In this document: positions 26,815 through 35,540 of the stretch, piece by piece
How positions within the stretch are numbered: the first letter of the stretch is position 1
How the letters are laid out: the number at the start of each line of letters is the position of its first letter
Source: an uncultured Nitrospira sp.
GTDB lineage: Bacteria > Nitrospirota > Nitrospiria > Nitrospirales > Nitrospiraceae
Reading direction: 5' to 3'
Assembly (NCBI GenBank): GCA_964530675.1
Contig: CAZGYZ010000001.1
Coordinates: 1-41,218, forward strand
DNA: 41,218 nt
Notes under the pieces: generated by a model
Databases searched by the model: none
What the model saw: only the letters and a program-made list of their open reading frames with translations
What the model was told of the DNA's origin: nothing
Made by a program: the position numbers and the translations under genes

Positions 26815-28272
26815 CTACATGGCCCATCCTCCTCCCAGCGCTTTAAAGAGGCTGACCATATCCGTCAAGCGAGTGCGTTCTGTGAGGACCAGTTGGGTCT
26901 CTGCTGCCAGCGCTGTCCTCTGCGCATCCAGCACATCCAAATATGTCACCAGGCCCTTGCGGTATCGAACGTCGGCCAATCGCACGGCTTCCTGTGCGGC
27001 AGAGAGTTGCTCACGCTGTCGCGCAAGCTGTTCCGCCCTTGCGCTTAGGGAAGTCAGTAAGTCTGCGACTTCTCGAAACGCCTGTAAAATAGTTTGCTGG
27101 TAGCTTTCCAGCATCTGCACATGGCGCGACTCTGCCGAATCCAAACGAGCGAGGTTGGTCCCTCCTTGGAATATCGGCAGGACAATCGACGGACCGATAC
27201 TGTAGTTCGAGCTGCTGCCGGTGAACCAGTTGGAGAACTCGACGCTCTGCAAGCCTCCTTGGCCGGTGATGGAAAGAGTGGGAAAGAAATAGGCGCGCGC
27301 CTGGCCGATACGGGCATTAGAAGCCATGAGCGTGGATTCTGCCTGGAGGATGTCCGGGCGCCGTTCCAAAAGCTGAGAAGGGAGCCCAACAGGAATGTTC
27401 GGTTGAATGACGACGGTGCGAAGGGCTTTGCTGTGAAGACTAAGCGATCCAGGTGACATCCCGGTCAGCACTTCCAGCCGATGCAATTCCACGGTCCGAG
27501 TTCTTGCCAAGTCTGGAATAAGCCCTGCTGCTTCAGCGACCAACACTTCGGTACGTTTCACGTCGAAATCGGAAGCCAAGCCGACGGAAGCGCGTTTCTG
27601 GATAATCTCCAGATATTCTTGCCGGACAGTCAGGGCTCGCGTGGCGATGTCCAGTTGTTCGTCGAGTTCCCTGATCCGGAAGTAGGACTGCCCCACGTCG
27701 CTGATCAGCGTCAGTGCCACGGCACGGGCATCCTGTTCGATGGCCTGAGCGTCGGCCGCTGCCGCTTCACGTCCGCGCCTGATACGGCCCCAGAAATCCA
27801 TTTCCCACCGGAGATCTAGAGCGCTGTTCCAAAGATCGAAGGATGTTCCGGGGGAGGCAAATACTTGAGATCCAGGTTGCCGTCCGGTTGCCAGCCCTAA
27901 GCCGGCCAATGTGTTTTTTGATACGGCGATATTGCTGTAGCTGCTGGAGAGATTCATCTGAGGGTAGAGGCCGGCGGCGGCAGACATGACGAAGGCACGT
28001 CCTTCGAGAACCCGGGCGAGCGCCCGTTTTACATCGTGATTTTGTTGCAGGGCTCGTTCAATCAGACCGCTGAGTTCATCATTCTGAAAGCTCTTCCACC
28101 ACTCGGCTTCCGGCTGGCGATCCGACGCGATCGATGTGTTGGCTATGTTGGTCATGCGTGACCAACCGTCAGGCACGTCCACCTGGGGGCGTCGGTAGTC
28201 CTGCCCTTGCACACAGGAAGAGAGGAGCAGAATTGCCAGCATCATTGCGAGACGGTCAGCAGTGGCGCTCAT
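26815..28272 (-). CDS. Outer membrane factor lipoprotein (NodT/TolC family)
   Basis: Lipobox LLSSC and the two-repeat OEP architecture. The start ATG at 28272 overlaps the stop of the upstream adaptor gene (ATGA). Confidence 0.88.
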   Translation of the reverse strand: MSATADRLAMMLAILLLSSCVQGQDYRRPQVDVPDGWSRMTNIANTSIASDRQPEAEWWKSFQNDELSGLIERALQQNHDVKRALARVLEGRAFVMSAAAGLYPQMNLSSSYSNIAVSKNTLAGLGLATGRQPGSQVFASPGTSFDLWNSALDLRWEMDFWGRIRRGREAAAADAQAIEQDARAVALTLISDVGQSYFRIRELDEQLDIATRALTVRQEYLEIIQKRASVGLASDFDVKRTEVLVAEAAGLIPDLARTRTVELHRLEVLTGMSPGSLSLHSKALRTVVIQPNIPVGLPSQLLERRPDILQAESTLMASNARIGQARAYFFPTLSITGQGGLQSVEFSNWFTGSSSNYSIGPSIVLPIFQGGTNLARLDSAESRHVQMLESYQQTILQAFREVADLLTSLSARAEQLARQREQLSAAQEAVRLADVRYRKGLVTYLDVLDAQRTALAAETQLVLTERTRLTDMVSLFKALGGGWAM

Positions 28273-29261
28273 TGCGTCTTGTCCTGTGGTGGGGGAATCG
28301 ATGAGGGTTGCACGCGTTCGCGGTTGTTCGAGGCCCATCGCTCGATAAAAACATCCACCTGCTGCCCGGCATAGACGGGGAACGGTGGGCGATCAAACCG
28401 GTAAATGATCTGGAGCACCCTCGTATCGACTCGTTCGATGTTTTCCCCTGTCAGTGACTTTTTGGGAACGACATAGGGCTCGATGCGGACGAAGGTCAGC
28501 GGAATTTTTGTACCGGCCATCGATTTGAGGGAGGCCACTGCTGCTGCTTGTGGCGCGACCATCGGTGCATTCACCTCGTCGACGTCGGCCCGGATTTGTA
28601 GCCGCTGGGTTTCGCCAAGCAGCATGAGTGGCTCGCTCGATCCCGGAGTCGCGTATTCTCCCGCCCGAACATTGACTTGCAAGATCGTTCCGTTACGCGG
28701 AGCACGGACGGTTAGGCGGTCGAGCAGGAGCGTGATCTCGTCTCGCTGGGCGATGGCCTGTTTCAGATTCGCATCGAAACGTTGCAAGCTGCGTTTTGCC
28801 ATTTCGAGCGCGTACCAAGTGCGCTTGAGGTCATCGTCGCTGACGGCTCGTTCATCGTGTACCGACTTGAGCCGCCGCCATTGCGTGTCAAGATCTCCGA
28901 TCCGGTACTTTTGTTCGTCGATTTGGGATTGCAGGGGAGGAATAGCCGCCTCTCGACTCAGCAACTGGGCGCGCAGATCCCGATCGTCGAGCTGAAAGAG
29001 CGGCGCCTGCTCCGTGACCTGATCGCCGACTACCACGAACATTTTGGTAATCAGCCCGGCGGTCGGTGGGGCAATGCGGACATTCTCATTCACGGCTTCG
29101 ATAATGCCGGATGCGGCGACGGTCTGTTCGTACGGCGACCGCGGGGGCTCTGAGATCGGCGTCGGCATCGGCTCTGTCTTGTTGGCCCCGATGAGAACCC
29201 AAGCGGCAAACCCCACACCGGCAACGGCCAGCCAGACACTCAATCGCTTCACGATGATCAT
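28269..29261 (-). CDS. HlyD-family membrane fusion (periplasmic adaptor) protein
   Basis: N-terminal TM anchor, coiled-coil hairpin and beta-barrel segments. 4-nt overlaps with both neighbouring genes. Confidence 0.85.
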   Translation of the reverse strand: MIIVKRLSVWLAVAGVGFAAWVLIGANKTEPMPTPISEPPRSPYEQTVAASGIIEAVNENVRIAPPTAGLITKMFVVVGDQVTEQAPLFQLDDRDLRAQLLSREAAIPPLQSQIDEQKYRIGDLDTQWRRLKSVHDERAVSDDDLKRTWYALEMAKRSLQRFDANLKQAIAQRDEITLLLDRLTVRAPRNGTILQVNVRAGEYATPGSSEPLMLLGETQRLQIRADVDEVNAPMVAPQAAAVASLKSMAGTKIPLTFVRIEPYVVPKKSLTGENIERVDTRVLQIIYRFDRPPFPVYAGQQVDVFIERWASNNRERVQPSSIPPPQDKTQ

Positions 29262-29986
29262 GCCGTTCCCTCACGCGAGATCGGTTCGATGCTGACAATC
29301 CGTCCATCCGTTAAATGAGCCATGCGGTCGCCGAAGTGAAAGATGCGGCTATCGTGTGTCACCACAATGACCGAGCGGGATGGCGAGCGCCCTACGTCGC
29401 GGAGGATCTCCATAATCTTTTGTCCGTTCGGGCCGTCCAAGGCAGCGGTCGGTTCGTCACAGATCAGCAGGCGCGGTTCGTTGACCAGAGCCCTGGCGAT
29501 GGCCACCCGCTGTTGCTGGCCACCGGACAAGTTCTTGGGCAGGAACTCCGCCCGGTCACTGAGGCCGACGCGTTCGAGCATGGCTCGCGCTCGTCGCAAG
29601 GCCTCGGGGCGTCCGATCTTTTGGATCAAGAGGGGCACCGCCACATTCTCGGCGGCAGTCAGTGTCGGCAGCAAATTGAACTGCTGATAGACGAATCCCA
29701 TCGTTTGGCCCCGGAACGTCGTGCGTTTGCCTGCCGGCAGCTCGCTGAGCGGCACACCCAGTACGTCGATGTCGCCGTCATCGATGTCGAGGATGCCGGC
29801 GATAGCGGACAAGAGAGTAGTTTTCCCGCCGCCCGATTCTCCGACCAGCAACAGCATTTCGCCCAGATAGATGTCGAGATTGATACCATTGAGTACCGTG
29901 ACTTTGGTGTCGCCGGTACCGAACGATTTGACGATGTTGCGTGCGCGGACTGCCGCAGGTTCTGTGTGGTCGTCCATTGTGCTCAC
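29258..29986 (-). CDS. ABC transporter ATP-binding protein (DevA/MacB-NBD/LolD-like)
   Basis: Walker A GESGGGKTT, signature LSGGQQQRVAIARAL, Walker B LLICDEPT. Confidence 0.9.
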   Translation of the reverse strand: MSTMDDHTEPAAVRARNIVKSFGTGDTKVTVLNGINLDIYLGEMLLLVGESGGGKTTLLSAIAGILDIDDGDIDVLGVPLSELPAGKRTTFRGQTMGFVYQQFNLLPTLTAAENVAVPLLIQKIGRPEALRRARAMLERVGLSDRAEFLPKNLSGGQQQRVAIARALVNEPRLLICDEPTAALDGPNGQKIMEILRDVGRSPSRSVIVVTHDSRIFHFGDRMAHLTDGRIVSIEPISREGTA

Positions 29987-31113
29987 CGAAAGACAATCGC
30001 CGGTTCAAGCCGGGCGAGTTTGACGATACTAATCAGGGCTGAGAAGGTACAGATGGCCAGGAGCCCTACCAGCACGAGGAGCAGTAACTGCCAGGTTTCG
30101 ACGAAGGGCAATCCGCCGCCCCGTGCCGTCAAATACCCAAATACCGTGGCGAGTCCGATGCCGACGCCATAACCGGTCAGACCTACGGTGAACGCTTGTA
30201 AGAGAATCATCCTCGCCAACGTGAAGGTCGAAGCGCCCATCGCCTTGAGCGCGCCGAACTGCCGGAGGTTTTCGACTGTGAAGAGGTAAAAGGTTTGTCC
30301 GGAAATGGCCATTCCGACGATAAATCCCAGAAGAATAGTGGTGCCGAAGTTGATGCCGATGCCGGTGTTCTTCAGCACCCAGCCGATGGTTTTCCAGCCG
30401 AACTCTTCCGCCGTGAACGCGCCCAGGCCGGTCTGTTCGTGGATGCGCTTGGTCACTTCTTCGATAGGGACTCCATCTTTGGGTTTGGCCAGGACATAGG
30501 AAAGGGTTCGGCGCTCGCGCGGCACATAACGGATGGCGCGTTCATAGGTGGTGTAGACCACTGGAATATTCGTGAAGCTCTTTTGTGTCTTGGCAATGGC
30601 GACGACGCGGGCCAACTTGTCATTGAGTTCGAATATCGTGCCTATCTTGATGACGTCGGGGCCTCCCATCCGTTCAACCGCCCACTGATCTAGTGCGACG
30701 GCATCCGGCTGTAAAATGTCCTCGAACCGGCCTTCCAGGACTTCGGCTGGACGTCCGATGAGGCTGGAAGATTCCAGCCCGGCCAATGTGATCTGATGGT
30801 ATTCCCCGTTCGAGAGACGAGCCCGCAGGAGCCCTTTGAAGAGAGGCACGGCCCATTCCACGCCGGGGACGCTGCGGACGCGATCGACGGCGGTGCCGGC
30901 GATCGGTTTGACCTCATCGACTTGTGCGATGCCTGAATCGGTGACCCAAATCGGCACGTTGATATTGCTGATGCTGGACTGGGACCAGATCATAAGGCCC
31001 CAAAAAATAGAACCCTGCTGGACGATCAGCATCACGGCGAAGGTTAAGCCGCACAGCAGCATGAGGTACTTGGCGCGATCGCCGAAAAGCATTTTGAGCG
31101 CGATGTAGTTCAT
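29983..31113 (-). CDS. ABC exporter permease, DevC/FtsX-like (4 TM plus a large periplasmic loop)
   Basis: 376 aa. One N-terminal TM, a loop of about 230 aa, three C-terminal TMs with ...FGALKAMGAS..., and a C-terminal ...LEPAIVFR. Confidence 0.82.
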   Translation of the reverse strand: MNYIALKMLFGDRAKYLMLLCGLTFAVMLIVQQGSIFWGLMIWSQSSISNINVPIWVTDSGIAQVDEVKPIAGTAVDRVRSVPGVEWAVPLFKGLLRARLSNGEYHQITLAGLESSSLIGRPAEVLEGRFEDILQPDAVALDQWAVERMGGPDVIKIGTIFELNDKLARVVAIAKTQKSFTNIPVVYTTYERAIRYVPRERRTLSYVLAKPKDGVPIEEVTKRIHEQTGLGAFTAEEFGWKTIGWVLKNTGIGINFGTTILLGFIVGMAISGQTFYLFTVENLRQFGALKAMGASTFTLARMILLQAFTVGLTGYGVGIGLATVFGYLTARGGGLPFVETWQLLLLVLVGLLAICTFSALISIVKLARLEPAIVFR

Positions 31114-31523
31114 TCGGCCGCCTCGGTTTCTAGATGGTCGGGAGGATAGGCCACGACGTGGGGCGGTTGCGGCAGCAACACCTGGTCATGCCGATGAAAG
31201 AAATAGGTGCAGAGTCGGGCGATAGGGCAGCCATTGTCGAGCGCCATCGTCCAGAAACGCCGCACATGGTTGCCGCCTGCCAGTTGTTCTTCATCCATGA
31301 GTCTGAAGGGACCAGGAAAGGATTTTGAGAAGGTAATGCCGTTGGCAGCCAAACGCTCAGCCAGTCCGTCAGTGAGGAATTCCAGCACATCGCCGCACCA
31401 GGAAAATCGTCTTCCGTCTTTCGTCTGCTCGCCGGAGGGAAGCAGTTCAGCTTGCCGTTCAGCGAAGTAGTCTTCAATGGCACGGCTCAGGCGTTCAGGT
31501 GTAAGAGGGGTGTGATGGCTCAT
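31110..31523 (-). CDS. Hypothetical cytoplasmic protein (137 aa), first gene of the sigma54-dependent exporter operon
   Basis: Translationally coupled (4-nt overlap) to the permease gene. No TM segment, signal peptide or recognisable motif. Confidence 0.6.
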   Translation of the reverse strand: MSHHTPLTPERLSRAIEDYFAERQAELLPSGEQTKDGRRFSWCGDVLEFLTDGLAERLAANGITFSKSFPGPFRLMDEEQLAGGNHVRRFWTMALDNGCPIARLCTYFFHRHDQVLLPQPPHVVAYPPDHLETEAAE

Positions 31524-31536
31524 GCCGGAGGCATAG

Positions 31537-31552
31537 AGCAGGGATGGTGCCA
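31537..31552 (-). promoter_or_regulatory. Candidate sigma54 (-24/-12) promoter
   Basis: The minus strand reads TGGCAC-CATCC-CTGCT (consensus TGGCAC-N5-TTGCW). It lies directly downstream of a sigma54 activator gene. The GC element is about 15 nt from the ATG at 31523. Confidence 0.6.
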
Positions 31553-31681
31553 GTCAGGAGAGCTGTACGATAAGCAATGTGCAAGTAGCTGAAGTAAGAG
31601 AGAGAGTGGTGAGAGAATCCCAATGAGCCGTAAGAATCACATCGATACGTCTGCCGGTATGTTGGCAAGAAGAGCAGAGGG

Positions 31682-31699
31682 CTGCCGATATATGGGCAG
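31682..31699. promoter_or_regulatory. Palindrome CTGCCGATATATGGGCAG, candidate upstream activator sequence
   Basis: Inverted repeat TGCC-N8-GGCA centred about 140 bp upstream of the -24 element. Near-identical to the palindrome at 33731-33752. Confidence 0.45.
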
Positions 31700-31700
31700 A

Positions 31701-33758
31701 TTACTTGGAGTGGATGGGTGGACGACGAATGCCGAGTTTCTTCATCCGGTGCTGCAGGGTTGAGCGCTTCATTCCAAGGCGGGCTGCTGCTCCGTGCGTA
31801 CCGGCAAGGATCCAGTTGGTCTGGCCGAGGGTCTCGATGATATGGGTGCGTTCGGCGTCGGCCAGCGTGCGTGGAGGGGTGGTTGCCCCGTCATGATGAG
31901 CTGGCTGATCTAACTCCTCAACAGTCAGAACCGGTCCGTGGCTGACGATCACAGCTCGTTCGATTACGTGCTCAAGCTCGCGCACGTTGCCAGGCCAGTC
32001 ATACGATGCGAGCGCTTTCAGCGTGTTGCTGCTGATGCGTGTGACGGTCTTTCGATGCCGTTCGCCATACTTTTTCACAAAGTGCCGCGCCAGCATGGGA
32101 ATGTCGTCGCGGCGTTCACGGAGCGGGGGAATCCGTACAGGGAATACGTTCAGCCGATAAAAGAGATCAGATCGAAAGAGGCCCTTCTTGACGGCTTGCG
32201 CCACATCGACGTTGGTTGCCGCGAGTACGCGGACATTGAGCTTGATCGTCTGCGTGCCGCCGACTCGCTGCAGCTCCTGCGATTCGAGCACCCGCAGAAA
32301 CTTTGTTTGAAGATCGAGCGGCAGTTCGCCAACCTCATCCAGGAAGATCGTGCCTCCATTCGCGAGCTCGAATCGGCCCATTTTTCGCGCCGTGGCATTC
32401 GTAAAAGCGCCCTTTTCATGGCCGAAGAGTTCGGACTCGATCAAGGTTGGCGGCAGGGCAGCGCAGTTCACCGTGATTAACGGTTTCTCTTTCCGTGGCG
32501 AGAGGTGGTGAATAGCCTGAGCGACCAGTTCCTTCCCCGTGCCCGTTTCTCCTGTGATGAGCACCGTTGAATCGGTCGGCGCGACCTTCTCGATTGCCTT
32601 CAGCGTTTTCTGTAATGCGGGGCTTTCACCGACCAGCGTTTTGAAGTCGACCGAGGATTTCATCTCATCGCGCAGATAGACATTTTCCTGTTCGAGTTGT
32701 TCTTTCAGCGATCGGATCTCCTCATAAGCCGTGAAATTTGTAATGGCCTGTGACAGATGAAATCCAATCTGCTCGGCGAATGCGAGATCCCGATCGGAAA
32801 ATGCATTGCGGCGTTTGCTGCCGATCGCCAAGAATCCATAGGGTGCTCCTTGCACGATCAAGGGGCAGAGTACGCAGGAGAGAATACCGACGGATTCGAT
32901 GTAGGAGCGTTCAGGGAAACGTGTGTGGTTGTGTCCTGTGATGAGGAGCGGTTTCCCTGTAGCCATCATTTCCGCTGGGGCCATTCGTTCGTAGGGAAAT
33001 TGCCGGAGCTGTGCGAGATCGATCTCGACGCCTTCGCGATAGACGATGTCGAACCACGGCCCCTGCGGCGACTGAACGAACCGCACCAGTCCGGTCATGT
33101 CTTGTCTCACGACGCGGTGCAGCATGTCTCGTACGACCGGTATGAATTGATCGATCGTCATCGTGCCGACGACAACCTGGCTGTTGATCGCCATGAGCGC
33201 GTCACGCTCTTCCGATGCGAGGATATTGTGAAGGACTGGTCCCAACTGAACGCCGAGCTGTTCGAGAAACAGCCGATCGTCTTCGGTATAGGCGTTGGCT
33301 CTCCCGGTGGCGATGGCGGCCATGATCGCAATAGTACGGGGGGGCTGACTCCCCGCCGGAAGCGCCACGGTCAATGGGGCGGCGAGGACTGAAGCAGTCT
33401 GGAACGGCGCAGTTTTCAGGACAACCGCTTCCGCCCAAGGCGAAGTGGCTAGGTTATTTTCCAGAAGTGCGTGGCCGCGTCGGACTACGGCTTCTTTCAT
33501 CGTCCCCTCAGCAGGCAGTTGTCCGATGAGATAGCCGGGGGAGTCGGGATCGATCAGCAGATCTGAAACGGGAGCGAACGCGTTAGCCGTTTCGCTATAT
33601 AGGTAGAATCCTACAAGGTCGCAGGGCAATGCCGTAACTAGCTCCTGGCTTAACGTACGGTCGAACTCGTGAAGCCCCCGACAGGCGATCAGTGCGCTGA
33701 TGATTCGCAGCGAGTCGATCTGTGAGGAGAGAGTGCCCATATATGGGCACTCTAGCAT
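31701..33758 (-). CDS. Sigma54-dependent transcriptional activator (GAF-type N-terminal sensory region, AAA+ domain, Fis-type HTH)
   Basis: GETGTGKE Walker A, ESELFGHEKGAFTNA (GAFTGA variant), FLDEVGE, a C-terminal HTH ...STLQHRMKKLGI, and an N-terminal sensory region of about 370 aa. An alternative start is ATG 33740. Confidence 0.9.
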   Translation of the reverse strand: MLECPYMGTLSSQIDSLRIISALIACRGLHEFDRTLSQELVTALPCDLVGFYLYSETANAFAPVSDLLIDPDSPGYLIGQLPAEGTMKEAVVRRGHALLENNLATSPWAEAVVLKTAPFQTASVLAAPLTVALPAGSQPPRTIAIMAAIATGRANAYTEDDRLFLEQLGVQLGPVLHNILASEERDALMAINSQVVVGTMTIDQFIPVVRDMLHRVVRQDMTGLVRFVQSPQGPWFDIVYREGVEIDLAQLRQFPYERMAPAEMMATGKPLLITGHNHTRFPERSYIESVGILSCVLCPLIVQGAPYGFLAIGSKRRNAFSDRDLAFAEQIGFHLSQAITNFTAYEEIRSLKEQLEQENVYLRDEMKSSVDFKTLVGESPALQKTLKAIEKVAPTDSTVLITGETGTGKELVAQAIHHLSPRKEKPLITVNCAALPPTLIESELFGHEKGAFTNATARKMGRFELANGGTIFLDEVGELPLDLQTKFLRVLESQELQRVGGTQTIKLNVRVLAATNVDVAQAVKKGLFRSDLFYRLNVFPVRIPPLRERRDDIPMLARHFVKKYGERHRKTVTRISSNTLKALASYDWPGNVRELEHVIERAVIVSHGPVLTVEELDQPAHHDGATTPPRTLADAERTHIIETLGQTNWILAGTHGAAARLGMKRSTLQHRMKKLGIRRPPIHSK
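33731..33752. promoter_or_regulatory. Perfect 22-bp palindrome GAGTGCCCATATATGGGCACTC overlapping the activator gene start
   Basis: Self-complementary over all 22 nt. It covers codons 3-9 of the long ORF and contains the alternative ATG at 33740. It shares TGCC(C/G)ATATATGGGCA with 31682-31699. Confidence 0.5.
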
Positions 33759-33799
33759 GGGAAGCGAATCCGAGGGAAGAGCGCGTGAGTTTTAGCCGT

Positions 33800-35266
33800 T
33801 TACGCGTGAGCCGATCGAGCCTTGAGCGCATCCAACCGTTTCTTTTCCAGACTGACATGCAGCGATTTCTCCTGGGTGACGATGACGGCCCCTGGCGCTT
33901 GGCCCTTCGCCTTCTTGACCCACTTGCGTCTCGTGTAGATGACGTCGCCTTTGCCGCTTTTCTTCAAGTCGCTGTAGAGTAGCGCCAGCGTGGCGGCGTC
34001 TCGGATTGTCTCAGGCGGCGGATCGTTTCCTTTTTCCAAGCGCACCACAACATGTGAGCCAGGCGTACCGCGGGCATGCAGCCAGAGGTCATCGCTCTTG
34101 GCGAGGCCAAACGTCAGCTCATCGTTCTCGCGCGCGTTTCTTCCGACATAAATCGCCAAACCGTCTGATGAGGTGAAGCGGCGGAAGGGGCCTTGGCGTT
34201 GTTCCTGACGATCTTTTCTTTTGCCTGTCCGCGGGAAAGGCCGCACAGGGGTGAGATGAGGTTTGTCGGGCGGCTGCCAGGTTCCCTGTTCAATCGCAGT
34301 CATTTCCTGGCGCAGAGTCTCCAACTCTTTCTGCCCCTCTGCAATACGTGGCAGCAGCTCCCGCTCTGCCGCCAGCTGCTTCCGATGTTTGCTGAAGTAG
34401 TCGTCCATATTGCCCTGGGGAGTTTTGGCTTGGTCGAGAGGGATCGTCAGGTTGGGAAGCCTCTCATCGAAATAATCCACTACGGTTACGTCGGTCTGAC
34501 CCTTACGTATGGTTCCGAGGTTTGCTTTGATCAGTTCGCCATAGCGATCGTAGTTCTTGTATTTTTCTGCCTTTGCGAGGTCTTCGTGCCACGCCTCAAT
34601 GCGGCGGCGGAGCTTCTTGATGGACTTTCTGAGAATCCCTGCCCTGGTGTTCCGCACGGTCTCGATAACGGAAGTAGCTTCCGCCGTGAAGTAATGGGCT
34701 TCGACGGCAGCCGACAGAGGAAATGGGGCTTCTGAGATGTTCTGGCTGAATCGCGACTGGTCGGCGGCGCCTCGTTCTCGTTGCTGGCGAGCGGGAGGAA
34801 GGTAGAGCTGTCCCACACGATTCTTCAGTCCGTTCAGGTCTCGTCGGATTAGACCAGCGTCGTCGAGTACGAGGAGATTCGATGTCTTGCCTGTCAGTTC
34901 TGCGACCAACTTGCAGGAACCTTCCTTGGCAGTCAGTGCAAGCTGAACGATCCGGTCTCCTTGAATCTGTTCGACTTGGTCGATGCGTGCTCCTTGCAGA
35001 TGGGCGCGGAGAAATTGACAGAAGGGTGGAGGTGTCGGTGGATTCTGAAAGGCCGCCGTGATGATGTGAATCCGGGAGGTTTCAGGATGGCATGAAATGA
35101 GGAGTCGGTGCGTCTGTCCCGGCGTGCGAATCTCCAACACCACGGTACGGTCTGTCGGCTGGTAAATCTTTTGAATCCAGCCTTCGGCTAGGGCCGGAGC
35201 ACATTCATCTATCACCTTCGCAATTTCTGTTGCGTTCAGTGCCACCACTTGCCTCCAACCGGCCAC
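33800..35266 (-). CDS. NFACT-family protein (FbpA/RqcH-like: NFACT-N, coiled coil, NFACT-R/DUF814)
   Basis: N-terminal ...IQKIYQP...PPFCQFLRAHLQGARI...GDRIVQL...ELTGKTSNLLVLD. C-terminal ...FTSSDGLAIYVGRNARENDELTF...DLWLHARGTPGSHVVV.... GTG start. Confidence 0.8.
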   Translation of the reverse strand: MAGWRQVVALNATEIAKVIDECAPALAEGWIQKIYQPTDRTVVLEIRTPGQTHRLLISCHPETSRIHIITAAFQNPPTPPPFCQFLRAHLQGARIDQVEQIQGDRIVQLALTAKEGSCKLVAELTGKTSNLLVLDDAGLIRRDLNGLKNRVGQLYLPPARQQRERGAADQSRFSQNISEAPFPLSAAVEAHYFTAEATSVIETVRNTRAGILRKSIKKLRRRIEAWHEDLAKAEKYKNYDRYGELIKANLGTIRKGQTDVTVVDYFDERLPNLTIPLDQAKTPQGNMDDYFSKHRKQLAAERELLPRIAEGQKELETLRQEMTAIEQGTWQPPDKPHLTPVRPFPRTGKRKDRQEQRQGPFRRFTSSDGLAIYVGRNARENDELTFGLAKSDDLWLHARGTPGSHVVVRLEKGNDPPPETIRDAATLALLYSDLKKSGKGDVIYTRRKWVKKAKGQAPGAVIVTQEKSLHVSLEKKRLDALKARSAHA

Positions 35267-35540
35267 AGGGGAGTTTTCCCATTTGGGTTATCGCTCGTAA
35301 CCAGATCAATTTTGCCGCATGGGGCCAATGTGTGACACCTATAAGCGATTAAGGCCGAATGCTGTTCGTCCGCACTCTACGATTCACTGCGAAAACACGC
35401 AAGCAGTCGTAACGACACCCGTGGCATCGCGATTGCTCTCTTAGACGGGCAAGCGGTTGGCCGCAGGTCTGCTAGGCTTAGAAAGTGATTGGGTGCGGTG
35501 TCGTGGTGACAGGCTCCAGCGTTAACGAGAGGAGGGTTCC

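Noticed and set aside
29315-30172. 285-aa plus-strand ORF opposite the ABC ATPase/permease genes
   Set aside because: It is a shadow ORF typical of GC-rich coding DNA. The minus-strand genes carry Walker A/B and signature motifs and are translationally coupled.
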